Shown: piece by piece, positions 1 through 12,255 of the stretch
Layout: each line of letters begins with the position of its first letter
How positions within the stretch are numbered: position 1 is the stretch's first letter
NCBI GenBank assembly: GCA_051294905.1
Contig: CM119373.1
Location: forward strand, 2,234,001 to 2,294,000
Direction of reading: 5' to 3'
Source of the DNA: Botryllus schlosseri
Taxonomy: Eukaryota
DNA: 60,000 bases
The notes under the pieces: model-generated
Databases searched by the model: none
The model's input: only the letters and a program-made list of their open reading frames with translations
What the model was told of the DNA's origin: nothing
Position numbers and translations under genes: made by a program

Positions 1-315
1 GCTCGCAGCAGAGAGACACTAAATATTCACAAACGGAAAGCTGGATATTTCGAGGAAACTTTTGTAACAAAGCAAATAAAATATTTGAGATTATCAAAGT
101 TGCATGCTCGTTTAGTGCTGATCTTTTTACGCTACCAGCGCCATGCATAGAGTGGCCCGCAGTTGAAATGCAATAAATTTCAATCAAAGATGTTATAATG
201 AGGTGAAAATTGTACAAATGAAAAAGGTTCACAGTGCAGAACCTACCTAGGTTCGTTTGTGAACGTGAACCTCTAAATTTCCGAGGATCACACACAGAAC
301 GCGAGCGTGAACCTT
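1..315 (-). mobile_element. Truncated inverted copy of the left end of the 6366-13675 hAT element, in an intron of the M13 gene
   Basis: Reverse complement aligns to 6378-6698 (e.g. gctcgcagca.. vs ..ctgcgagc; gaacctctaaatttccgagg vs cctcggaaatttagaggttc); the terminal TIR is missing. Confidence 0.85.
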
Positions 316-518
316 GTTTGTAACTATGCAATCTCACCGTAAGTTGTACAATGTACATGTTTGATAGTTCGCGTAAACAAGCGCGTCACCGAGTTAACAC
401 GCGAAAATTACCTTCTCTTGTAAGTGTGCTGCGAGGGTGTTATATTTTATCTAGTGTGCCGCAAGCTGGCGGGAACCAACGGATTTAACTCCCGTATCAT
501 TTCGTTTACCATTTTCAG

Positions 519-646
519 GTTGATTGGGTGAAATTATTTGAGAAAATGATAACGTCTGCGCCCGTGTCTTCAACGACCTTGATCGAAGTGTGGAACGAAA
601 ACTATCTGCGTGACATGATCAAAATTATGGCGAGCGTGGAGAAAAG
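519..646 (+). CDS. M13 family (neprilysin/ECE-like) metallopeptidase, penultimate coding exon (gene begins upstream of the window)
   Basis: Acceptor attttcag at 511-518, donor AG|gtgaat at 647; 128 nt translating VDWVKLFEKMITSAPVSSTTLIEVWNENYLRDMIKIMASVEK(R), phase 2, joins in frame to the 1301 exon (R-VVQNYMVWR, typical M13 N-domain 'NY..WR'). Confidence 0.85.
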
Positions 647-1300
647 GTGAATCACGATTTGCACCCGTGCGACTAATACCAAATCAGACACAGTTTCATT
701 ACGTAGATGGAAAATACGCGTATCTGTCAAATCTTCACCATCGGCGATATCTGCAATCAAATTTTGCATTCACGCCCATTCCTATGGGTGAAAACGAATC
801 AAATGCACCTACCCGTATGCAGATATATATCCTGGAGCTGTACCCCTACATCCTGTTCACTTCCACCCAAATCTATACTCACGGCCTATATGTGTCAAGA
901 CGGCGACTGTGTGCGTTTTAATAGCAATTTTATCACTCTATTAAAACAAATGGCCTACCCATTTATTCAATTCAACAGATATCTCTATTTGGGTTTACGA
1001 AGAACACTACGTGAAGTGTTTCTCTATTATTCGTAGTAGTGACTGGACATCATTCTTACGTTGTATGCTAATTGATGTGAGACTGTGGTAGTTTCCACAC
1101 CGTATTTAACGTTAACTTGAAAATTAATATAACTTTATTAGTTACACGACCGATCGGAGCTCTGCTCCTCATCTGTGGCCCCCACAGAAATGGCAAACCA
1201 CCACTTGGGGTCACGACCCCCCAGCTTGGGAAACCTTGCTGAAAGGTGTACGCGAGGGCTTTCATTGCATAATATCCAACATTTCGTAATCTCTTCGCAG

Positions 1301-2477
1301 AGTGGTTCAGAATTACATGGTGTGGAGATTCGTGAAGCACAGAATCACCAATCTCGGCCGCCCGTTCCAAGAGCGTTACCTCAAATACAAGCACGCGATG
1401 TACGGGACCAAGGCGCTGCACAAGAGATGGTACTTCTGCTCCCAGTATATTATCTACGGTATGAAGGAGCCGGCCGGCAAAATGTTCGTTGACTCGTACT
1501 TCAGCTTGGCAAAGAAAAAGACAGCTGAGGAAATGTTCGGTAACATCAGAAAAGCTTTCATTTATCTTCTACACAAGGAAGTCGATTGGATGGACCCAAA
1601 AACTAAAGCGTATGCTAAAGAGAAGGCGTTAGCTTTGGCGTATCACATTGGGTATAATCCAGCCATTTACGAAAACTCCACCTACATCGACCAGCAATGG
1701 CAGCAAATGAAAGCCCGTAAGCACGATTATTTCGGTAACGTGCTTCGTGTTTTGCATGAGATATCGCAAAACGGTTTTTCCCAATTGTCGCAGCATTACA
1801 ACGTCCTCGCTCGCAGCGTGTTCACCACCAAACCAGAGGTGGTGAACGCGTTTTACAGCCCCGAGAAGAACAGCATCACGTTACCCGCGGGAGAAATGCA
1901 GTACCCGTTTTACTGGGGCGATAAATTCCCGAAAGTGTTCCAATACGGCGCTATAGGCACTATTATGGGCCACGAGACCACGCACGCTTTCGACAACCAC
2001 GGTGCGCTGCGGGATAAATACGGAAACCTGAGAAACTGGTGGTCACCCAGTTCGTGGCGCGAATTTCACAAGCGCACTAAATGCATGGCCAACCAGTACA
2101 GTAATTACTACTGGTCTGCGGCTGGAGATTATCTGAACGGCCGTAAGACTTTGAGCGAGAACATCGCAGACAACGGCGGTATACGGGAGACTTATCAAGG
2201 ATACAAGTTCTACCTACAAAGCCACAATCTCACCGGCGAAGAGCTAGAGCCATCTACCGGCCTTACGAACGATCAAATGTTTTTCGTGGGTTTCGCGAAC
2301 GTGCGTTGCGCGAAATACACGCGCAAAGCGGCGCGTCACTCGCTAGCCGTGTCTGTTCACAGTCCAGGCAGGTTTCGGGTGATTGGCTCGCTGCAGAACT
2401 TCGACAAATTCGCGAAAGCGTTCAATTGTCCGGCCAACTCGTACATGAACCCGAAAGAGAAATGCATCATATGGTAG
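1301..2477 (+). CDS. M13 family zinc metallopeptidase, terminal coding exon with complete catalytic domain
   Basis: Acceptor ctcttcgcag at 1291-1300; translation has VNAFY, HETTH (HExxH), ENIADNGG (ExxxD), HSPGRFR and C-terminal CIIW*, all diagnostic M13 motifs; stop TAG 2475-2477. Confidence 0.95.
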
Positions 2478-2659
2478 GACCTCGGCATGAGATCTTACAT
2501 CATTACTATTAATAGATAACAAAATTAGTGACCACGCTAAGTGATCCGAGTGCTTGAATACAAATCGAGTAATATTTATATTGATTCGAGCGAGTTACAG
2601 TGAGAGATAAATTTTGAAGTAGTAAAATTACCCTTGATGACTTACATGTAGTACAAAGC

Positions 2660-3066
2660 GGTTCCATACTATTACCGAGAATGCTATTACCGAGATGGAC
2701 ATTACCGAGAGTGCTATTACCGAGAATGGACATTACCGAGAACGGACATTACCGAGAATGGACATTACCGAGAATGGCCAATGCCAAGAACCTAAAGCTT
2801 AACGTAACGGACGTTGTCGAGAAATTTATACGTGTGAATCGATACCGAATGTGGCAACGCCGTGATGCACACACACGACCTGCTCATATGCATAACATGC
2901 CTGCAATGCATATATTGCATTCTCGGTAATGTTCATTCTCGGTGGTGTCCATTCTCGGTAATGTCCATTCTGGGTATTGTCCTTCTCGGTGGTGTCCATT
3001 CTCGGTAATGTCCATTCTCGGTATTGTCCTTCTCGGTAATAGCATTCTCGGTATTGACAGAACACC
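2660..3066. mobile_element. Mutator-like (MULE) MITE with inverted arrays of a 15-bp subrepeat
   Basis: 9-bp TSD GTACAAAGC at 2651-2659 and 3067-3075; GG...CC ends; arms built of (ATTACCGAGAATGGAC)-like units in opposite orientation; second copy at 58144-58487. Confidence 0.85.
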
Positions 3067-4563
3067 GTACAAAGCTACTCTCGTTATTAGTGGTTGTCAA
3101 ACTTTTTTAGACACGCCCGCCTTCATGACAGTGGTAAATTTCGCTTTTCGCGGTGTCCCATACTTGTATTACTACATAATGATATGACTCGAATACTCGA
3201 CCCGACTCGAAGCCTATAATACTCGATTTGGAAGCCAACCACTCGGATTGTATAGTTTGCCCTGCCTTGTAGACAAAATATGTAATCATAGACGATATAT
3301 TGACTGTTAATGTCACTGTGTTTAGTTGCTATGATAGTTGCAGTCGGAGTTTGTTGGCATTCTGTAACGATATTTGCCTTTTGCGGAGGCAAATTATAAG
3401 GGACACTGCGTTTTTGCCTCTGTTGTGACGGGGGATAATTGTGGGGTTACGCGCCTTTGAAATTGTAACAATATGCATGTATAGAATCTACAAATCATAT
3501 TATATGAGAATAATCCCATGTTTACACTGCTTTGCAATTACTGTATTATGTACTGTTTTAGTAAATGCTGTGCTAAGGACGATTCAAAGTGAGAATGTTG
3601 AAGTTAATGCGTGTTCTGTGAATTGTGTTTCTTGATCGTGTTTTGTGTGTTAATATTTATTTATTATTGAATAATGACAGCCAATATTTACCAACCATCG
3701 TAGACCAAGTAGGTTTCACTACTGTAGAACACCTACATGACGTTATCAGCTTTATGGATAACTACAAAAATGAGGGTTTATATTAACATACAATGACGTC
3801 ATCTACCTAATAACTTGGCCTCAACGAAATCACCAATGCGCTCTGTACTAATCCAACTTTTGCAATCATAGATTGAGCGTCATATTCATCTGTCCATATT
3901 GGCGAAATTACCGTATGTTGAAAATTTAGTCCTTCTCAGATTTCAATTCATAGCTTCTTTTTTGCCTACAACATCCTCTGTTTTCTTGGCGAAATAGGTA
4001 ATTCTTGTTTTATTGAGGCCAAGTATAATTGCTTCGATACATAATGATCCCTGTCGGGATTACGTGCGGATAATAAGATGACATGCTTCAAATTTGAGGC
4101 TCTATCTTGGTAATTTGAAATACCACAGTTTTCAATTTTATTTTCGGTTTATTTCATGTTCATATTTAGATTGTATATTTACGCAGCGTTTGAATATTTG
4201 TTCCTCGTTGATTGCTGATGATAAATCGTGGAACGTTGATGTGCATCATTTGCGAAATGAGTGTTTGATGTGACACGTTGTGTGTACGACGTACGTCTAC
4301 GCGATGCAGTTTCAATTCAGGTAGAAAATACCGAAGCAATGGTGCTTATAGAGTGAACATGGCCGAAGTTTTAGACAATAAGTATCACAGGCTGAACTTG
4401 AAACGGTTACCCAGCACTTTCCTGCTTTTATTTCTGGTCACCTATAGAGAGAAATATTGGGCATTCTTCATGGGTCGTACATTTGTAACTATAAGATAAT
4501 CCTTCACGTTTGTTACTTGGAAGGTGAATTTATTGTCCGAACCAGCTGGAGTTATAGTTGGTT

Positions 4564-4811
4564 GCCGACAAGATAGCGTAATAGTGGAGCGTTGAGCTCC
4601 TTGATCGGTCGTGGATTCCATCCCCTGCCGATTCAGAACAATGACGTCGAATCAGTAAAACTGGTAGGCTATCTGTCGCGTCCCCGCTTTGCGCTCAGCA
4701 ATTCGATTTCCGGAAGAGTATTGAGGGGACGGTGGAAAGCTTAAAAGCCGTGCAAGGCTATTTCTGCACCTCCCATGGCCAGTGGCATGTATCAATCAAT
4801 ATAATCAATAA
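4564..4811 (+). mobile_element. Probable tRNA-derived SINE (degenerate)
   Basis: A-box-like TAGCGTAATAGTGG, B-box-like GGATTCCATCC, central TAAAACTGGTA..CCCCGCTTTGCGCTCAGCA segment resembling a conserved invertebrate SINE core, (TCAA)-rich tail; its 3' part recurs at about 7045-7082. Confidence 0.5.
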
Positions 4812-7800
4812 TCGCCAGATCATATTTTCATCTGAACAAGAAAAACACAATGTACAATGCAATAAGACACAATGCAATATGCAATGAACAGATAGGTGGA
4901 TGCTGAACGACCTGTTGCGGTCTCTTAAACAGGCATGCACCCCGGCCTAGTGCCCGATATCACAGTTCTTTTATCGCTGTTTGTCTCTATTCCGTGGCTC
5001 TTTCTTGCTCTCTCCATTCCTTGTGAGTGCGCTCTTTCATCGGGTCTTTTTCTGGGCATTCTTGTCGCCGTAAGAACAGCGACTCGGAAAAAAGAGGCCC
5101 AGAATAACCTTCGATGCGGAAACGAACCCGGGCGACAGCCGCTTATCGTCACCACTAGGCTAGGATTGCCATATTTTGTGGTTCAAATACTGGACACTCT
5201 TTAGCGCCTACTAGCGGATTTTACAATGAGGTATGAACACATTGTCTGTCAATATCACGTCACACTATTAAAGCTTCGCCTGTCGACTGTATACAGGAGT
5301 AGATTGAACATAGGTTCTGAATTGCGCAATCTCTAATAAGAGCTCTGGTGATTGCTTTGGTCTGCAACAGCTTACTTCCGGGACATAATGAAATCGTTTG
5401 GCGGTCCGCCGGTCGTGTGTTTCATAGCCCCGCTTTCTTGTTAGCCGTGTTAGGTCGATGCGGTAATCTGGTTGTGTTTGTAAAACCCGGTCCAAACAAC
5501 ACTTTTTAGCCTATGTAACATCCTAGTATATCGCCAATTCAATTCAATTTATTGCTATCAATTTCATCATTTCAATACACCACAACACTGCGATACATGA
5601 AGGATAAGAAGGTATCGAAACGACTTGGAGTATAGTCTTCGAAATCAGACATCCACCTGGCCTAGGCGATGTAAAAAAACAAGCCATGCACACAGACTGA
5701 GAAGTAAAAAAATATAATATAAAAGGACAGGCGACAAAAAGAGGTGGCATGTGGTGGAAGGCGAGATCTATATGTCAGGTCGTGTTCCGGTAAACTAGGC
5801 CAACGCTATCACCATTTGAGTCGCGCCAGTACCACGTTTCGAATAATTCGAGGTTTATTTGGGTTCCTCCTCCCCTACGTCACTGTGTTTACGGCATCTT
5901 TATACAACAGCCAGAGAACGAACCGGTGAAGGGCGAGTTTAAAATAGCGAATGAAAAGAACGAGGATGGCGTCGTAGAAGAATGACAGACATATCACGGT
6001 CGAACATTATTACATTGACCTTTATGCCGAGGTTGATGTGAGAATGACATCGTTTCGACATCCTCCTATATGGTCCTATCTGTTCATCACAACGCATTGT
6101 GTTTTGTGTAGGCATCGGCGTAGCCAGAGGAGGGCGAACGGGGCGATTTTTTGTAAAATCAATAAATAATACAATATTTTGGGGCAGATGAATGCAACCT
6201 AAAATTTTTCTTCGCGCGATTTAGTGACTGTGCAATGTGCATGTGCAAGTGTGCATGTCTTGATTTTATTATCGGTATCCCGAAAAACAGTCTTCCGCAA
6301 ATACCCATAATTGAATGTAGCTGCATTCTCAATTATGATATTACAATAGTACCAGCAGTAGATACTAGGGATGGTGTGAACGTGAGGTTCACGTTCGCGT
6401 TCTGTGTGTGAACCTCGGAAATTTAGAGGTTCGCGTTCACAACAAAACCTTGGTAGGTTCTGCACTGTGAACCTTTTTCATATGTTACAATTTTCACTTC
6501 ATTATAACATGGCTGGTTTCAGTTTATTGCATGTTAACGGCAGGCCAATCTATTCGGCATCAGCTGGCAGCATAAAAATCGACACTAAACGAGCATGCAC
6601 CGTTACAATCTCAAAAGTTTTGCTTGCTTTGTTGCAAAAGTTTGCTCGAAAGACCCAGCTTTCCGTTTGTAAATATTTAATGACTCTATGCTGCGAGCTT
6701 GACCCGCAATCACAAAACATCACGAGCGAAATAAGCTATGTAGTCAGAGAATGATGCTTATTCTTCCAATCAATGAGATAGATATCGTTTTCTGATGTAA
6801 AAAAAAACTAGCAGGCTTACGGGGTCACTCTTCACTTCATGTTTACTGTATCATTAAAACCAAATCGGTGCGATTGACTGAATGACTTGTTAATGGGGTA
6901 TTATCATTAGCAAGCATAGATACCCGTTTCACACTCTGCTCAATATCAATATATGATGTCGAATACATTTTCCGGTTTCATATGAAAAGGTGATTCGAGT
7001 TTGACTTAAGTAAAGTCATGACTCGAGTCATCCAAACACTGCTACAAGGCTATATCTGCATCTTCCTTGCCTGGCGGCATATGCACATCATGTACTCATG
7101 GTGGGCATATGCGCAGATACACTGTAAATTCTGAAGTGTTGCTCAACCCGGAAAATTGAACACGAAACGTGATCCAAAAATTGAACGCCTAGAAGTGTTG
7201 CGAAGTGTTTAAATTAAAAATGTTTACCTAAAAAGTGTTTAGCCTCAAAGTGGCTGGTTGACTAGTCACCGGAACGCAGGACTCAAAATAAAATCAGATT
7301 TTATTGATTCATGAATAGATGACGCTTATAATACCCAACCTGGGTGATTAAATACGTGCAAACATTGAAATTTCCAATAGCTGCTGTGACAGGGTTTAAT
7401 GAATTCAGATCAGCAGTTGAAACCGTTTCCGGAATAGTCCATGAAATCGCGAACATCACAAATGATCAAGAGCAAACTCACTACAAATATCATGCAACTC
7501 GTTCAATCATGAAAATGAATGCATAGGGAATTAGGGATAGTGATAACAAAATATCATTTAGTATCTTTAACTTTCGTGACAATGGCATGGAATCAAATTC
7601 ATTGGTTACGTCCGTTAACGGAAAACATGATCAACACAAATCATTAAAACATATTTATAATTGATCAAATTATGGCTTGTACATTTCTAATTTTATTGTA
7701 AAAAAAACAAACAATGAATATATCAGTTTCACTACCACTACCACGATAAACAAGTAACAAAGTATTTTTTTACTCCTAATGAAATTGGGCCTGCTAACCA

Positions 7801-9214
7801 GGCATCAAAAATATTCTTGGGCTTGCATTAGAAGGATTTATATCAGGTTAATGCCAATCACTTTTGTTTAAATAACAAAGAAATCGTTTCTTTGAGTCCA
7901 TACAAATTTTGCAGATTTACAGAAAAGATTCTGTTGTTATTTGCCAGTCTGCTGCAAAATATGAAATCTGGAAGTCATTATTGCACTGGTTCTTGAACAT
8001 ATATGGACACGCCCCGTTATGATAGCAAAAAAATTTCACACACCCCTTATCGTTGTATCATGAAATTAAAAAAAGCAACCAGAACGCTAGAAATCCCAAC
8101 TGATAGTTGGATGGCAGTGGCGGTAATAGTTGTTGATGAGAGAATATTCAAATATTAAATTCTGACCATACACAGAGAAATAAGTAGAAGCTGCCATGTG
8201 CGAAAAAGATTTTAGTTGACAGCGGGTTCACGCCCCTTCAAATACTTTCTCCTGTTTGAGAACCACTCCTTCAGGGTATGACAATCCAATGCATAGTAGC
8301 TCAAAACGTCAACAATGTTTCTGAATACTTCATTTTCACTGAAGCAGTTTTATATTCTTGGCATCAGCTGCAATCCAGGATCGGTCAATCTCTGATTCGT
8401 GGCGTGCCATGGTGTTTGCTTCTTTTCTACTGGTCGACTCCAAGTTGTGCTCCTTGAAAATGTGATTAAATTCCAAAGTTTTGAATATGTCAGTGAAAAT
8501 TCTAAATTTTATGCAGAAATAAATATAAATATTTCACACATGCAGGTTACACAAGCGCAGGAAAGGCGCTCGGGTACATGTGAAATCCTATCACTGAGAA
8601 GGACTAAAATTCGCATAACGACTAATAAAAATATCTTGAATTAGGTCTGCGCTTTTTTCCAATTCGGCCATTTTGACATTTACATTGACATTCAGACGCA
8701 CAGGCCACAGTGAGAATGCAGAACTGTAACTCAGAATGATATTTATAGCAGAACGTCTATGTACATCTACGAACGGTCTATGTATAGTTGTATGGTCCAC
8801 AAAACAGAAAGATTACGATACCTGTTTCAATAAGACATGAGCTTGGGTCTTGGATTGTATTAGCTTGTCTCTCAATTTGGCTTGGAGAAGAAGACAGTTG
8901 ACTTCATCAACCTCGTATTGCTGAAAATGTAATTGATTGCAAACAAGATCCCAAAATAAATATAGTAGAGTCGTTATTCCTATGGATTGGGTTTGGATTT
9001 CCATTACAATAATTGACCAGACAAAGGACACATTGATTGTCTTTAGTACAAAAAACTTTGTGACATCTTATCGAATGTGTTGAATACTTTCCTTCATTGC
9101 ATTAATTGTAATTGTTCTCAATCTTTCAAAATACTTCCTTCCTGATTAAATTTAATTAACGAAATTATTTGGAATTAGCAGGACATGGGAAATGATCTCA
9201 ATTTGATGTTCCAA

Positions 9215-11272
9215 GTATAGTTCAGTAAGCAAGTAGTTTAAATACAAGTTACCACATCTCTTTACATTCAAGAACACCTCTGTTCAATGTACACAGATCA
9301 AGCCTCTCTTCAGCTCATATCGCCTATATAGATAGTTATTAAGAAAATTAGGACTGCAAAAACCAGCACATTACATGATCAATGGTGATATATGAAATGA
9401 ATAAATAGACTTACATGATCACATGTTTCCATGGGTTCTTGAGGCAAAAGTATTATCGCAAAAGATGACTGCACCGGCACAAAATCCGTTTAGATGACTC
9501 CTCACGTCACTATTAATATTGTCTGTTAGCACAGGCACGGTAGAACCAGGGGGTCTCTTCGAAGAGTCGACACCAGTTGGATGAATTTGAAGATCAATCC
9601 AAGACTGTTGAAAAGAAAATACTTGTTTCAAAAATTTGCAATACAAGGGAACTATTCAATATTCGAACAGCTTCTTCGAGGTGCAAAACTTCAATATAAA
9701 ATTGAATAGTATATGCATATGGAAATGAGCCCGAATATTCGGCCGAGACTCGTCAGGGGTAATCGTCAGCAACAGGTAGAGAACTCGAAAGAACGTTGTA
9801 CATCAAAAATCGTATCACAAAATATGACGTCACCGGCATTCAGTATTACGCAGATATCACACTGGATAGATTTGTATGTGACAAAAGGGTGTCTTTCATA
9901 TAACAAATAATTATTGTAATGGAAAGTTGCATGTGACCGAGTGACCGTACCACCAATTTTACTACAGCACGAGTAGCATACTTTCCTGGATTGTTAATCA
10001 TTTTAGTGGAATTTTACCAGCAAACATTCATAAAAATAACCGAATGCAGCAGAATCAAATTCATTATCTAAGGATATACCAGTTTACTTACGGAATACCG
10101 CGATGCTTACCAGTATTTTAAACAACAAATGCATTTCAAGAAGGTGCCAATTGCAATACATACTGCTGCACATTAGGGCATTTTTCATATTCTTTCCATC
10201 AGCCGCAACCCAGGCTTGATGAGTCCCTGATTTGTGGCGTGCCATGGCGGATCTTTTTTTTACTGGTCAAATCCAAATGCTGCTCCTAAAAAATACGAAA
10301 TATTACAAAGGGAAATTGTAAATTTGATGCAGAAGTAAATATAAATATTTCACACATATAGGTTACAGAAGCGCAGGAGAGGTGCTCAGCCCCCCAGGTT
10401 GAGAACCACTGACCTAGCCCATTATAGTTCAGTAAGCAATAGTTAAAGTACAAGTTACACGAGCTCATTACGTTCAACTACATCTCTGTTCAGTGTTCAG
10501 TGTACACAGTTCAGGGCACACTGTACTGTACACTGTACACAGATGAAGCCTTTTTCAGCTCATATCGAATAGCCAGTAAGCTACTCTGCGAGATAGTTCG
10601 TGAGAAAAGTAGGACTGCAAAAACCAGCAAATTACATAATGAATGGTGATATATAAAATGAAAAAATAGGCTTACATAATCACATGTATCCACGGGCTCT
10701 TGAGACAAAGGTCTGTATCACATAAGATGACTGTGCCGGCACAAAACCCGTTACGAACGACTCCTCACGTCACTGTTAACATTGTCTGATAGCGCAGGCA
10801 CGGTAGACCCAGGGGGCTCTTTTTAAAGAGTGGACATCAGTTGAACGAATTTGAGGATTAATCCAAGACTATTGAAAAGAAATATTTGTTGCCGAAATTC
10901 GCAATACAAATGAACTGCTCAGTAATCACACAGATATCATACTGGATACAGTTTTTTTTTCTGCAATAAGTTGTGCGTGACAGAAGGGTGTATTTCATAG
11001 AATAATTGAGTAATGGAATGGAAAGTTGCACATGACGTTACTACCAATTTTACTCTGGCACAGTTTGTATACTTCCTGGATTGTTAACAATTTTTGTGAA
11101 ATTTTACCAGCAAACATTCATAAAAATCTTTATCACAAAGATAACCGATTGCAACAGAATCAAATTCATTCTCTAAGGATATACCAGTTCACTTACAAAA
11201 CACCGTGATGCTTACCAGTATTCCATACAGCAAATGCATTTCAAAAAGGTGCCAAGTTCAATACATACTACC
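9215..11272. repeat. Internal segmental duplication within the 7.3-kb hAT (about 9215-10170 vs 10423-11272; also about 8350-8580 vs 10180-10390)
   Basis: Colinear matches such as atagttcagtaagcaa, gactcctcacgtcact, caggcacggtaga, gaatcaaattcatt, caaatgcatttcaa in both copies. Confidence 0.85.
9655..9840 (-). mobile_element. Hammerhead-bearing short retro-repeat, copy 4 (GAAA box damaged)
   Basis: Minus strand reads GCTGACGATTACCC-CTGACGA-G-TCTCGGC-C-GAA-TATT-C-GGGC; homologous to 22831-23003; absent from the sister duplicated segment near 10915-10935, so it is an insertion. Confidence 0.75.
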
Positions 11273-11405
11273 TGCAAAATAGAGTTTAGTTCAGTTACCG
11301 TATCACAATAAACTGAGAAAAGTCAAATTTGGGGATTGGGCAAAACAAATACTACCCCTTGTGATCCATGGTTTGTTGAAAAGATTGTTTGTTTGGCTGT
11401 GCTAT

Positions 11406-12255
11406 TATTGGGGCGATTTTTTGGACCTAAAAAGGTAAGATTTTGACTAAAAAATTCAAATTCACACATATTTTGATGATGAAAAACTTAATTTTGACCC
11501 CATGTACTTAAATTAGGTGTTTCTCACATAGTGTTAGAATTGTATTACCGGAACTTATCTTTATTTCTGGCTGGAGCTGTCTGTTCTTCCGAAGTAATTT
11601 GACTTGAAATAATCTTTAAGCATGAAAATTGACAAATTTTTACATGAAAAAGAACTTATTTTATCGAAATCTGGACCCATGAATAATTCTAGTATTAGTT
11701 ACATCTCGTATTATGGTAGAAATAATAAAAAATTTGTTGTAGTACAACGAAAGATACTTTCCTACATTTTCGGGTAGAAAGTGTCTGTCCTAACTAAGTA
11801 GCTTGGCAAGAATGAAGAAAGAACGTTCACCAGCTGCAGTTGTTGGCCGGCAACACTGAAGTTGTGCGTACACTGCACTCTCTCTCTCATTATGACAAAG
11901 TTGTCTACATCGCAATTATTCATCATACGGTTTCTAATAGAAGAACCAATGCCCACGCAGTCTTGCTTCAGTTAGGAAAGTGCAATAGGCTACGTTGAGT
12001 ATTTGTTTCATTTGACAGTTTATGATTCACAAAGAGCAGACGATGGTCCGTCTACAACGGTAGGACTATAAAGTAGGCTACAAGATGTAAATTGTAAAAT
12101 GATAAGTTCACCGACAGTGCAATCATCTATGATACAAACGAAATGCAAGTTGCCAACAAAATTTTGATTTTGTAAAGAATTTTGGCAATTTTTGACCTAA
12201 CGCTACAATTTTGACAAAATTCTGACCTATTTTGACATGTAAAAAAAAATCGCTT
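11406..12255. mobile_element. Older copy of the 29143-29785 MITE family nested in the 7.3-kb hAT
   Basis: Colinear similarity with 29143-29785 (gaaatctggacc, ttgttgtagtacaa, gtcttgcttcagt, ccgtctacaacgg, gctacaattttgacaaaat). Confidence 0.75.

Noticed and set aside
2681..3187. ORFs with REWTLPRM / SILGN repeats (also 58053-58504) and a superficial CRISPR-like periodicity
   Set aside because: They are the 15-bp subrepeats of a MITE bounded by a 9-bp TSD; there are no unique spacers and no cas genes, and the DNA is eukaryotic.
4214..4236. Other CTGATGA/CTGAAGA strings (4215, 34892, 56966) as hammerheads
   Set aside because: No correctly placed GAAA box, stems or cleavage triplet.
6114..6150. 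Isolated transposon-end-like fragments (also 1200-1238, 28058-28194, 42655-42697, 47192-47216, 56597-56662)
   Set aside because: Look like hAT/MITE termini but no matching partner end with a TSD could be established, so not called as elements.
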